From contig JBEBGM010000012.1 of the NCBI GenBank assembly GCA_040081455.1, forward strand, positions 15,124 through 79,123: a stretch of DNA of 64,000 nucleotides, read 5' to 3'. The stretch comes from Bryobacteraceae bacterium. Lineage in GTDB: Bacteria > Acidobacteriota > Terriglobia > Bryobacterales > Bryobacteraceae. A program made the translations under genes and the position numbers. Below the pieces are notes generated by a model that did not search any database, was not told where the DNA came from, and saw nothing but the letters and a program-made list of their open reading frames with translations. Shown here in pieces: positions 48,582 to 57,187 of the stretch; position 1 is the first letter of the stretch; each line of letters starts with the position of its first letter.

Positions 48582-49271
48582 ATGCAGTGGTATTACGCAG
48601 ACAACGGTCAACAGCACGGGCCGGTGGACGATGACGCGTTGGCTTCGCTGGTCGTTTCCGGCGTGGTTCGTGACGAGACCCTTGTGTGGCGCGAAGGGAT
48701 GCCGAACTGGCAGCCGTACAGTTCCATGCGCGTTGGAGCCTCGGTTGCGGCTGGGCCCGCTCCTGGTCTGGCCGTGCATGCCGCAGCGCCGGGCGGGTAT
48801 GTCCCGGAAAATTATGCGGCGCGGCCCCAAACTGTGCGCTACGCGGGGTTCTGGATCCGCTTTCTGGCGCGACTGATCGATGGAGTCTTACTGCAGATCG
48901 CGCTACTGGTGGTCCGGGTGCCACTCGGGCTTTCCGTGATGGGACCGATGACGACGCGCGACCCCGCGGCGATGATGGCGCTGGCGGGCGCGATGATCGT
49001 GGGATCGCTGGTAAGCCTGGCGATTGCTTCCGGTTATGAAATCTTCTTTGTCTCGGCACGAGGCGCGACGCTGGGCAAGATGGCGCTGGGCCTCAAAGTG
49101 GTTCGGCCCGATGGCGCGCCGATCTCGATCAGCCAGTCCGCCGGACGCTATTTGGCGCAGATACTCAGTGCTGTGATTCTGTGCATTGGGTACATCATGG
49201 CGGGATTCGACGACCAGAAACGCTCGCTGCACGACCGGCTGGCCGGGACCCGCGTCATCCGTCTTCGGTAA
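48582..49271 (+). CDS. GYF_2 (DUF4339) plus RDD-domain membrane protein
   Basis: 229-aa ORF. N-terminal MQWYYADNGQQHGPV...LVWREGMPNWQPY, followed by an RDD domain (FWIRFLARLIDGVLL...LHDRLAGTRV). Confidence 0.75.
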   Translation: MQWYYADNGQQHGPVDDDALASLVVSGVVRDETLVWREGMPNWQPYSSMRVGASVAAGPAPGLAVHAAAPGGYVPENYAARPQTVRYAGFWIRFLARLIDGVLLQIALLVVRVPLGLSVMGPMTTRDPAAMMALAGAMIVGSLVSLAIASGYEIFFVSARGATLGKMALGLKVVRPDGAPISISQSAGRYLAQILSAVILCIGYIMAGFDDQKRSLHDRLAGTRVIRLR

Positions 49272-49272
49272 C

Positions 49273-50070
49273 ATGCTCGTTAGACCTATGCGAATTTTAC
49301 TGAGTGGCTTTTTGACGGCAGCGTACTTCTTTGCGACTCCAACGGCAAAGGCGCAGGGCATTGACCGGAACAAGGTGGTGGACCTGACGTATTCGTTCAA
49401 CAAGGACACCATCTACTGGCCGAACGCGAAAGGATTTTCGCATCGCAAAGACGAGTGGAAGGTGACGCCCGCGGGCTTCTGGTACGCGGCGGGTGGTTTT
49501 TCCACCGACGAACACGGCGGCACGCATTTCGATAGTCCCGTGCACTTTGGAGAAGGCAAGTTGACGTTGGATCAGATTCCGGTTTCGCGGCTGGTGGCTC
49601 CCGCGGCGGTAATCGACATCAGTGCAGCTTCGACGAAGAATCGCGATTACCGTGTGACGACACAGGATATTCAGGCGTGGGAGAAGGCGAATGGGCAAAT
49701 TGCGGCAGGTACAATCGTTGTGTTCCGCACAGGTTGGGGTAAACGCTGGCCAAACAAGAAAGAATATCTGGGCGACGATAAGCCGGGCGACATAGAGCAT
49801 CTGCACTTCCCTGGCCTGTCCAAGGAAGTCGCAGAACTGCTGGTTGCGCGGAAGGTGGACGGCGTGGGCATCGACACGGCAAGCATGGATTACGGCCCGT
49901 CCAAGGATTTCATCGTGCATCAGATCCTGAACAAAGCAAATATCTTTGGGCTGGAAAACGTCGCCAACGCGGATAAACTACCGGTGAAGGGCGCGACGAT
50001 CATCGCGCTCCCGATGAAGATTGAGGAAGGCTCGGGTGGTCCGGCGCGTATTATCGCGCTACTGCCATAG
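49273..50070 (+). CDS. Secreted cyclase-family protein (kynurenine formamidase-like)
   Basis: ORF 49186..50070, with an ATG at 49273 or 49288. Signal MRILLSGFLTAAYFFATPTAKAQG. Metal motif DEHGGTHFDSPVHF. Confidence 0.8.
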   Translation: MLVRPMRILLSGFLTAAYFFATPTAKAQGIDRNKVVDLTYSFNKDTIYWPNAKGFSHRKDEWKVTPAGFWYAAGGFSTDEHGGTHFDSPVHFGEGKLTLDQIPVSRLVAPAAVIDISAASTKNRDYRVTTQDIQAWEKANGQIAAGTIVVFRTGWGKRWPNKKEYLGDDKPGDIEHLHFPGLSKEVAELLVARKVDGVGIDTASMDYGPSKDFIVHQILNKANIFGLENVANADKLPVKGATIIALPMKIEEGSGGPARIIALLP

Positions 50071-50131
50071 ACCGGACGGCGTCCGGCGCGGTTCGGGCGT
50101 GAGGGAAAGCTTCTTTTTTAGCGAGGCCAAT

Positions 50132-51001
50132 ATGCGTGTATCTTTCCGGATCATTCTCGCCGCTTTGAGTTTGTCGGCCGCGGTAGCGGAAACGGGACAA
50201 GACTACGCGGCGTCGATTGCGCGATGGCGCGCTGATCGCGAGGCGCGATTGAAGGCCGAAAACGGCTGGTTGACCGTGGCGGGGCTGCATTGGCTGAAGG
50301 AGGGCGAGAACTCGGTTGGCTCCGGCGCCGATGCTCGCATTACCCTGCCTGCGGCAGCGCCGAAACTGGTGGGCGTGATCACGCTACAGAACGGGAGAAC
50401 GCGATTCACGCCCAAAGGCAACATTGTCTATAAAGGCGCGCCGCTTACTTCACCCATCGATCTGCGTCCGGACACCGAGCCGAATTACGACGTACTCACG
50501 GTGGGGCGGATCAATTTTTATGTGATCAAGCGTGATTACAAAATTGGGATTCGCGTTAAGGACAACGATAACCCGGCGCGCAAACAATTTGCGGGTTTGC
50601 AGTGGTATCCGGTGGACGCGTCATGGAAAATCCGCGCCAAATTCACGCCATGGGATAAACCGCGCAAGCTCTCCTTCGACACGGAAGTGGGCGTGAAAGA
50701 GGAAGACGAGAGCGCGGGCGTGGTCACGTTCATCAAGAACGGCAAAGAGTACAAAATGGAAGCAGTGAAAGACGGCGACGGGTTGTGGTTTGTGATGCGC
50801 GATGCCACCAGCGGCAAGAGCACGTACGGAGCGTCGCGCTTTCTATACACGGACGCGCCAAAAAACGGGTTCGTGGACTTGGACTTCAATCGGGCCGAAA
50901 ATCCCCCGTGCGCGTTTACACCGTTCGCGACGTGTCCGCTGCCTCCGCCGCAGAATCGACTGACCCTGGCAGTGACCGCGGGCGAGTTGTACAAGCACTA
51001 G
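50132..51001 (+). CDS. DUF1684-domain secreted protein
   Basis: ORF 50021..51001; the ATG at 50132 gives the signal MRVSFRIILAALSLSAAVA. DUF1684-like motifs IARWRADREARLKAENGWLTVAGLHWL and a C-terminal CAFTPFATCPLPP. Confidence 0.75.
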   Translation: MRVSFRIILAALSLSAAVAETGQDYAASIARWRADREARLKAENGWLTVAGLHWLKEGENSVGSGADARITLPAAAPKLVGVITLQNGRTRFTPKGNIVYKGAPLTSPIDLRPDTEPNYDVLTVGRINFYVIKRDYKIGIRVKDNDNPARKQFAGLQWYPVDASWKIRAKFTPWDKPRKLSFDTEVGVKEEDESAGVVTFIKNGKEYKMEAVKDGDGLWFVMRDATSGKSTYGASRFLYTDAPKNGFVDLDFNRAENPPCAFTPFATCPLPPPQNRLTLAVTAGELYKH

Positions 51002-51789
51002 CGGGCGGCCGCCTGTGTTTCCCACAAACGCGGAAGATCCGCAACCGAATCGAGCACGGCATCCGGACGAATACCGCCTTCCAGACTCGACGGGCGGAAC
51101 TTGCCGGTCTTGACCAATGCGCCGAGTAGTCCTGCGCGTTGCGCCCCCCCGACGTCGACTTCAATGTCATCGCCGATCATAAGAACTTCGGTTTTTTCGA
51201 CGCCCAACGTTTCGGTGGCGGCCTCATAGAACGCCGCTGCGGGCTTGCCAAATACGACTGCTTTGCGGGCCGAGGCGCATTCGAGCAGAGCAACGAACGG
51301 TGCGACGTCTAAGCGCAAGCCGTCGTTCGCGCGCCAGAAGCGCGTCATACCTAACGCAATGATGACCGCTTCCGGATCGGAATGGAGGAGACGGAAGGCG
51401 CGATTGAGCGTGTGGAAGTTCCACGATTCTTCCAAGTCGCCGACGACAACATACTTGGCGCCGGTCTCGGCACTCTCAGGAACCAGCGGGATTCCCTCAA
51501 ATACGGGTCGCGCGGGCGGTTGGACGAAGAGTGCTACGGGACCGGTGGCGTGAACCCGCAACCAGGCGGCGGCGGCGACGGAGGGAGTAAGGATTTGTTC
51601 AGGGCCCGCGGGGATGCCAAAGCGGGCGAGCTTTTGGACCAACGCCTCAGGGCCGCGCGTCGACGTATTGGTCACAAAAAGGTGCGGAATTTTTCTCGAT
51701 TCAATCCAGCGGATGGCGTCGGCCGCGCCGGGAATGGGCTGCTCGTCGTTGTAAAGAACGCCGTCTAGATCGAATAGGATCGCTTTCAT
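50998..51789 (-). CDS. HAD-IIA family hydrolase
   Basis: ORF 50998..51849; the ATG at 51789 gives MKAILFDLDGVLY. Motifs FVTNTS and MIGDDIEVDVGGA. Confidence 0.8.
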   Translation of the reverse strand: MKAILFDLDGVLYNDEQPIPGAADAIRWIESRKIPHLFVTNTSTRGPEALVQKLARFGIPAGPEQILTPSVAAAAWLRVHATGPVALFVQPPARPVFEGIPLVPESAETGAKYVVVGDLEESWNFHTLNRAFRLLHSDPEAVIIALGMTRFWRANDGLRLDVAPFVALLECASARKAVVFGKPAAAFYEAATETLGVEKTEVLMIGDDIEVDVGGAQRAGLLGALVKTGKFRPSSLEGGIRPDAVLDSVADLPRLWETQAAAR

Positions 51790-51813
51790 TGAATGGTAGC
51801 TGAAAAGAAAATA

Positions 51814-51835
51814 GCCCCGGCCGTGAGACCGGGGC
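51814..51835 (-). terminator. Rho-independent terminator after the dienelactone hydrolase gene
   Basis: The minus strand reads GCCCCGG-8 nt loop-CCGGGGC followed by TATTTTCTTTTCA, ~55 nt after the stop codon at 51891. Confidence 0.6.
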
Positions 51836-51890
51836 CTTAACAAAATCATCGCAAGATTCCGGCGCGCCAGCTACGTGCCTCTGGTGCAAA

Positions 51891-53447
51891 TCACATCGTA
51901 TGCTTCTTGAGGAATTCGATGGTCTTCGCCCATGAATCGGACGTTGCTGTTGGATTGCCGGCGAGGTCCTGGAATTCGAGGAAACCATGGGTGGCGTGCG
52001 GATAGATGTGGTGTTCGAAGCTCTTGCCAAGCTTTTTCATCGTATTCGCCGCAGGCTCCGCGCCAGCCGTAACGCGCGCATCCTCTTCGCCATAGAACGC
52101 AAGTACCGGAGCTTTGATCTTCGACATCAACTCTTCGCTCGGATTGTTGCCGTAGTAAGAAACGGCAGCGTTCAGCTCCGGAATTTCGCCGGCGAAGCGA
52201 AAGCTATTGCCGCCGCCCATGCAAAAGCCAATGCTGGCGCTTCGACCGTTCCAGCGAGGTAGTTTCTTGGCCCATTCAAACCCGGCCCTGTATCGCTTCT
52301 GCATCTCGTCCTGATTGATGCGGGCCGTGGCGCGCATTACCTCATCGGTGCCGCGGAACGACTCGTATGCGCCGCCATTCGGACCGAGGCCAGAGTGCAG
52401 ATCGACGGCCACGGCGATGAAGCCCTGCTGCGCCAATTGATCGGCGAGAGCTCGCTGCCAGTCATCCATGCCAGGGCCGTGCTGCATTACCATCACAAAC
52501 GGGGCTGTGGCTTCACCGGCCGGATACTCCACCCACGTGTGAAGCTTGGCATCGCCATAAGGAATCTCGACGTATTCTTTCTTTAGCTTCGAATCGAGAA
52601 TGGTCGTGTGCGCGGTAAAGGTGCCGGCCGGGAGATCAGGAAGTTTCCCCTGCGGATAGCCGCGCGGGCCAGCGGCCTTCTTTGTATTGGCGGCGTCTTG
52701 GGCCATCGCCATACCGGCGTGCTCCATACCGGGATGAGACATGCCCATGTGCATCGAGTGATCCACCGGCATGTTCGGATTTTCGCCGATGATCGGGTGA
52801 TTGTTCGTCTGCATAGTGAGGAACGCGACGGCGTTCGGCCATTCGTTCGCCTTCAGGTCAAAACGATTCGACGACTGGCCAGCGACAGGCTTTTCAACAG
52901 ACGCCTGCACCTTGCCGCTGGCGGCGTCGAACTCAAGCGCCGCGCTTTGGCCATTGGCGGCCGGTAGCGTCAACGCATATTCGCGAGCAGCAGCAACACG
53001 GCGGGCCACTTCGTCTCTGCTCATCGAGGCCAGCGCCTGAGCGATCGCCTCCTTACCCGCGAAGGAATCGGCATCGCGTCCGCCGGGAGCCATACCGGAG
53101 AGAAGATCGGGCACAACGGCTATGTAGCCTTCGTCAGCAACTTTGATCGCGGCGCCGCGCAGCCATTCGCTGGCGCTCTGCGTCTTGTCCGTTATGACGA
53201 CGATGGGCGCGTTATCGGCGCGGCCGGGATAGGCGATGAATACCCGCATGCCGGAGCCACCGATCGCGAGATTCACCCATTCGCGATGGCGCGTGGTGTT
53301 GTTCAACATGTCACGAGCCTCGGCTTCACTGGGGAGTCCGGGAACCGCGACACCCGCGACTGTCTTCGGAGTGGTTGCGACGCGATGCCAGACGGCGCCC
53401 CCGATGAGGAGAGCGGCACCTGCAATCGCTAACAATCGAATCTTCAT
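51891..53447 (-). CDS. Exported dienelactone hydrolase family protein (partial N-terminal DLH-like module, Met/His-rich linker, complete C-terminal DLH domain)
   Basis: 518-aa ORF with the signal MKIRLLAIAGAALLIGGAVW. The C-terminal domain has a Cys nucleophile context (SIGFCMGGG), Asp (FYGEEDARV) and His (HATHGF). The N-terminal part resembles only the first half of a DLH fold. Confidence 0.75.
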   Translation of the reverse strand: MKIRLLAIAGAALLIGGAVWHRVATTPKTVAGVAVPGLPSEAEARDMLNNTTRHREWVNLAIGGSGMRVFIAYPGRADNAPIVVITDKTQSASEWLRGAAIKVADEGYIAVVPDLLSGMAPGGRDADSFAGKEAIAQALASMSRDEVARRVAAAREYALTLPAANGQSAALEFDAASGKVQASVEKPVAGQSSNRFDLKANEWPNAVAFLTMQTNNHPIIGENPNMPVDHSMHMGMSHPGMEHAGMAMAQDAANTKKAAGPRGYPQGKLPDLPAGTFTAHTTILDSKLKKEYVEIPYGDAKLHTWVEYPAGEATAPFVMVMQHGPGMDDWQRALADQLAQQGFIAVAVDLHSGLGPNGGAYESFRGTDEVMRATARINQDEMQKRYRAGFEWAKKLPRWNGRSASIGFCMGGGNSFRFAGEIPELNAAVSYYGNNPSEELMSKIKAPVLAFYGEEDARVTAGAEPAANTMKKLGKSFEHHIYPHATHGFLEFQDLAGNPTATSDSWAKTIEFLKKHTM

Positions 53448-53461
53448 TCTTCACCTCTCTG

Positions 53462-53487
53462 ATTCCTAACTTCGATTCTTAACTTCG
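53462..53487. repeat. Tandem 13-nt direct repeat in the 5' region of the DLH gene
   Basis: ATTCCTAACTTCG followed by ATTCTTAACTTCG (one mismatch), starting 14 nt upstream of the DLH start codon on the minus strand and adjacent to its GAGAGGTGA SD. Confidence 0.5.
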
Positions 53488-53552
53488 TGGGAAAGTACCC
53501 GCGATCTGTACCGCGGGAGCTAGTGGTTCAGTATACATCCGCCACTCGGCGG

Positions 53553-53894
53553 CTATTCGTTCAAAACCGGAATGCTCTTGAGCGGTGGTGGCTCGGGGAA
53601 CGTCTTGATGAAGGCGTACACGTCGGCCAGATCTTGATCAGACATCACCTTGGCGCGGTATGGAGGCATGTTGCTCGGCGGAGGGTTGCGCACAAAGGCG
53701 ATGAAGCCCACCTGGGTCAGCTTGAGCTGCGCGAGGCGGACACCCGCTTGTCCGCCTTGGCCGACAGTGCCGTGGCATTGGTAGCAGCCGTTGCGCATGA
53801 ACAGCATCTTGCCGTGTTCGACGTTGCCAGTGCTTTGCGCGAACGCTAACGCCGCGAACATGGCGAGCAGTGAAAAGACCGTGATCTTCTTCAT
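53553..53894 (-). CDS. Class I c-type cytochrome (monohaem)
   Basis: 113-aa ORF. Sec signal MKKITVFSLLAMFAALAFAQ, haem motif CYQCH and a distal Met candidate in NMPPY. Confidence 0.85.
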   Translation of the reverse strand: MKKITVFSLLAMFAALAFAQSTGNVEHGKMLFMRNGCYQCHGTVGQGGQAGVRLAQLKLTQVGFIAFVRNPPPSNMPPYRAKVMSDQDLADVYAFIKTFPEPPPLKSIPVLNE

Positions 53895-53907
53895 GGTGCG
53901 TGTCTCC

Positions 53908-55827
53908 TTAACGCGGCTGCATGACGACGTCGAGCAGTGCAGGCTCGCCGGCCTTCACGCGTTCGATGCCGCGTTTGATGGCGGGACCGAGCTTAGCTGG
54001 ATCTTCGATGGGGCCCTCAGCGTAGAGGCCATAGCCCTGGGCGACCTTCGCGTAGTCGATATTGGGGCTGGCGATGGCAGTACCGATGTCGGAACGTTCC
54101 AGGCCCCGATCGAACTTGGCACCGAAAAGCTCAATGTACATTCGTTCCTCGTGATAGGAGCGGTTGTTGTGCATGATGCTCAGAAGCGGGATTTTGTGGT
54201 GGGCCGCCGTCCAGAGAACGGCGGGAGCGTAATTCAAATCGCCATCGCATTGAATATTAATACTGACGCGGCCGTACTTACGATTGGCGAGCGCTGCACC
54301 AACAGCAGCCGGCGCGCCGTAGCCCACTCCCGAACCGCCTTGCGGGCCGATGAACTGGTAGTGTTTCTTAAAGTTCCACAAGCGCGTGGGCCACGAACTT
54401 TGGTGGCGGTCAAAGGAGACGAGCGACCAGTCCTCATTCTTGATCTGCGCCCACAGTTCGGCGGAGAGACGCGCCGTGGTGATGGGGCTGGTGTCCCAAC
54501 CAACGGCGGCGGCTTCCCGATTCCGCATACGGGCTTCCTGGTTCATGGCTGCAATTTTCGCGCCACGTTCGGCAAAACGGCGGCGTTGATCGGGAGTGAT
54601 CAGCTTTTTGACGGCTTCGATGAGAGAAGGCAGTGTTGCTTCCGCATCGCCGGTGATGCAAAGATCGGCTTCAATGTAACGGCCGAAATCCTGGTAATTC
54701 GATTTGTGATTCAGCTCGATCGCGGAGATATCGATCACCTTTGCGCCGGGCTTCATGACCGAGCGCGATTCCATGCCGAAGCGATTGATGGCGGTTTGGC
54801 GATGCGTGACTCCCCAGAAATCTTGCACCTCGAGGCCGAGGATCACGTCGGCATCGGCGATGTTTGGAACGGCGGCAACCCAACCGGGGTTCCCATAAAG
54901 CGGATGCGCGGATGGGAAGTTCATGCGGACGCGCTGATCCTGCACGCGGGCCTGCAGGAGTTCGGCCAATTCCACCAGAAGGTTGATGCCCTTCTCCGTG
55001 CGTGCCATACGCCCCGCGACGATCACTGGATTTTCCGCGCCGAGCAGCATCTTCGCGGCGTCCACCACGGCTTCGCTATCACCAATGGGCGGCGCGCTCA
55101 TGACCAGTTTCGGGATGCGCAGGTTCTTATCGGTGACGGGTTCTTCCTGCAGGCCGCCATCGGCAACGATGACAACGGGTTCGTAGGGCGGCGTCATCGA
55201 AATCTTATAGGCGCGGACCATCGACTCGGCGAAGTGGCCGAGGCTGACGGGTGTATCGTCCCACTTAATGTAGTCGCGCACCATGGCGGCGGCGTCTTGT
55301 ACGCTGTGGACCCATTCCGCGTTACCGCGCCGGAAGTTGACGTCGAGAATATTGCCCAGCACAATCATCATGGGCACACGGTCGGCGTAGGCGTTGTAGA
55401 TCCCCATCGACGCATGCTGCAAGCCAACCGTGCCATGCGCCATGATCATCATCGGCTTGCCTTCGATCTTGGCGTAACCGTGGGCCATTGCGGCGGAAGA
55501 TTCTTCGTGGCAGCAAGTGAGCAACTCTGGGCTCTTGTTGCCGCCGTAGTTGATCATCGATTCATGCAGCGCACGGAAACTGGACCCTGGGTTCGCGGCG
55601 CAGTATTCTATGCCCAGCGTTTTGATGACGTCGACCATGAAGTCGGAGCCGGGCTTTTCGTTACCAGTGACTTCGATGGTTCCGCCGCTAGTTTCCGCCG
55701 GTGCGGGGCGTGAGGCGGCTTGTTGGGCCAAGGCGACCGGAGGTTTTGCGGCGAGTCCGGCGGCGCTTGCGGCAGCGGCCGCGCCTTTCAAAAATCCACG
55801 ACGGTCGACGGGCGACTTCTTCGGCAT
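53908..55827 (-). CDS. Tat-signal thiamine-diphosphate-dependent enzyme (ALS/PoxB/BFD superfamily)
   Basis: 639-aa ORF. GGAGGA lies 5 nt before the ATG. N-terminus VDRRGFLKGAAAAASAAGLAAKPPVALAQQ. TPP_N region (CCHEESSAAMAHGYAKIEGKP), a middle domain and a TPP_C motif (CDGD-x24-NN). Confidence 0.8.
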   Translation of the reverse strand: MPKKSPVDRRGFLKGAAAAASAAGLAAKPPVALAQQAASRPAPAETSGGTIEVTGNEKPGSDFMVDVIKTLGIEYCAANPGSSFRALHESMINYGGNKSPELLTCCHEESSAAMAHGYAKIEGKPMMIMAHGTVGLQHASMGIYNAYADRVPMMIVLGNILDVNFRRGNAEWVHSVQDAAAMVRDYIKWDDTPVSLGHFAESMVRAYKISMTPPYEPVVIVADGGLQEEPVTDKNLRIPKLVMSAPPIGDSEAVVDAAKMLLGAENPVIVAGRMARTEKGINLLVELAELLQARVQDQRVRMNFPSAHPLYGNPGWVAAVPNIADADVILGLEVQDFWGVTHRQTAINRFGMESRSVMKPGAKVIDISAIELNHKSNYQDFGRYIEADLCITGDAEATLPSLIEAVKKLITPDQRRRFAERGAKIAAMNQEARMRNREAAAVGWDTSPITTARLSAELWAQIKNEDWSLVSFDRHQSSWPTRLWNFKKHYQFIGPQGGSGVGYGAPAAVGAALANRKYGRVSINIQCDGDLNYAPAVLWTAAHHKIPLLSIMHNNRSYHEERMYIELFGAKFDRGLERSDIGTAIASPNIDYAKVAQGYGLYAEGPIEDPAKLGPAIKRGIERVKAGEPALLDVVMQPR

Positions 55828-55867
55828 GGCGTCCTCCTCTATCAGAACGGAATGACTTAAATAGTTT

Positions 55868-55896
55868 ACGCCCGCCGAAAGGAAAACGGCGGGCGT
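55868..55896 (-). other. Intercistronic GC-rich hairpin
   Basis: ACGCCCGCCG-9 nt loop-CGGCGGGCGT, a 10-bp perfect stem between the AhpD-like gene and the TPP-enzyme gene. There is no clear T-tract on the transcribed strand. Confidence 0.4.
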
Positions 55897-55934
55897 AGGT
55901 TGGGAGGGAGAGATTCTGCTGTTTTCGTGGGGGG

Positions 55935-57176
55935 TTACTTGCCGTAGACTTCCTTGTACACGCGGACGGCTTCGTCTTCCGAAGGCAGGCGCAGGTTATC
56001 CGTAAAGCGATTCATGAACGCGAAATTGCAGGTTTGCAGCACCACCTCCATCGCGCCTTGATCGCCGAAAGTTGTCTTCAGCTTTTGGTAATCGGCATCG
56101 GTGACGCTGGTGGGAGCTTTGGTGAGCTTGCGTGCGAACTGAACAGCAGTCAGCTCTTTGGGCGTCAGAGCGGAATCGTCTTTCTGCATAGAGACAAGCT
56201 TCGAGACATCGACGCCTACGCGACGAAGGCCCAGCACCTGGTGGAGCGTGCAATAACGGCATCCGTTGGCGGTAGAGACGGCAAAAGAAATTTGGAGCTT
56301 GGTGGGGCGATCCACGGCGGTGTACTGACCGGCGGCCGCACCGAAGGCTTGCCATGCGGAGGCGCCTGCAGGGCTGAGGTACATCGCGCGCATGGAGTTT
56401 GCCATGGCGATTCCCAAGCCCGCTTGCGGCGCCTGCTTTTCGTTTTCCTTCGCGCGGCGGCGCACGGCTTCAAGTGCTTCCAGTTGCGTATCGGAAATGA
56501 GACTGACCTTGGCGATCGGAACGGCGACCGAAGAAGCCGGCGCGTGCTTCTCGAAAGCCCAATCCTCGACCGGAATGCGGAAGGCTTCCGCATAACGGAT
56601 CAGGTAATTGAAGAAGCAGGTAGTGAGTGTAAGCTCAACCACCTGACTGTCGTTGTACATCGTACGAACTTTGGCGAAATCAGCGTCGGAGATGCCGTGG
56701 ACATCGAGCGACAGTTTCTCCGCATAGCTGAGAGCCATGTTGTCCGGCGTGCCAGGATTCGGCACGGGACCGACGCCGGGGAAAGCTTTGAGAAGAGCCG
56801 CGCCGCGAGGCGTGGTGCGGAGACGACGCTCGGTCTGGGCAGCGACGTAGCGGCTCTCATAAACTTGCGCCATGCGAAGGCCCATTGCGAGCTTCACTTC
56901 GGGCTCAATCGCGCCGCGGTAGATGATGGTGTCGAAGAGATCCTTCATGGCGGGCGCGGCGTTCGGCAGAGCTTTCAGAGCGCGCACAAAGTTCGCGTCG
57001 GCCTCTGTGTTCCGGGCGGCAAGTGGAACGCGGGCATCGGCGGTATTGATTGCTTTCGCCTTTTCGAGGAGTGCTGCGACGGTAACCGTGGGGCGTGGCG
57101 TTTCGGCTGCGATAGCCAAAGACGCGCCGAGCGCGGCAAGAACAGCAAATCGGCAGAGAGGATGTACGTGCATCAT
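55935..57176 (-). CDS. Exported tandem carboxymuconolactone-decarboxylase/AhpD-like protein
   Basis: 413-aa ORF with the signal FAVLAALGASLAIAAE. The C-terminal CMD domain has a CxxC (TANGCRYCTLHQ). The N-terminal CMD-like domain lacks the Cys pair. Confidence 0.7.
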   Translation of the reverse strand: MMHVHPLCRFAVLAALGASLAIAAETPRPTVTVAALLEKAKAINTADARVPLAARNTEADANFVRALKALPNAAPAMKDLFDTIIYRGAIEPEVKLAMGLRMAQVYESRYVAAQTERRLRTTPRGAALLKAFPGVGPVPNPGTPDNMALSYAEKLSLDVHGISDADFAKVRTMYNDSQVVELTLTTCFFNYLIRYAEAFRIPVEDWAFEKHAPASSVAVPIAKVSLISDTQLEALEAVRRRAKENEKQAPQAGLGIAMANSMRAMYLSPAGASAWQAFGAAAGQYTAVDRPTKLQISFAVSTANGCRYCTLHQVLGLRRVGVDVSKLVSMQKDDSALTPKELTAVQFARKLTKAPTSVTDADYQKLKTTFGDQGAMEVVLQTCNFAFMNRFTDNLRLPSEDEAVRVYKEVYGK

Positions 57177-57187
57177 GTGGTCCTTTC

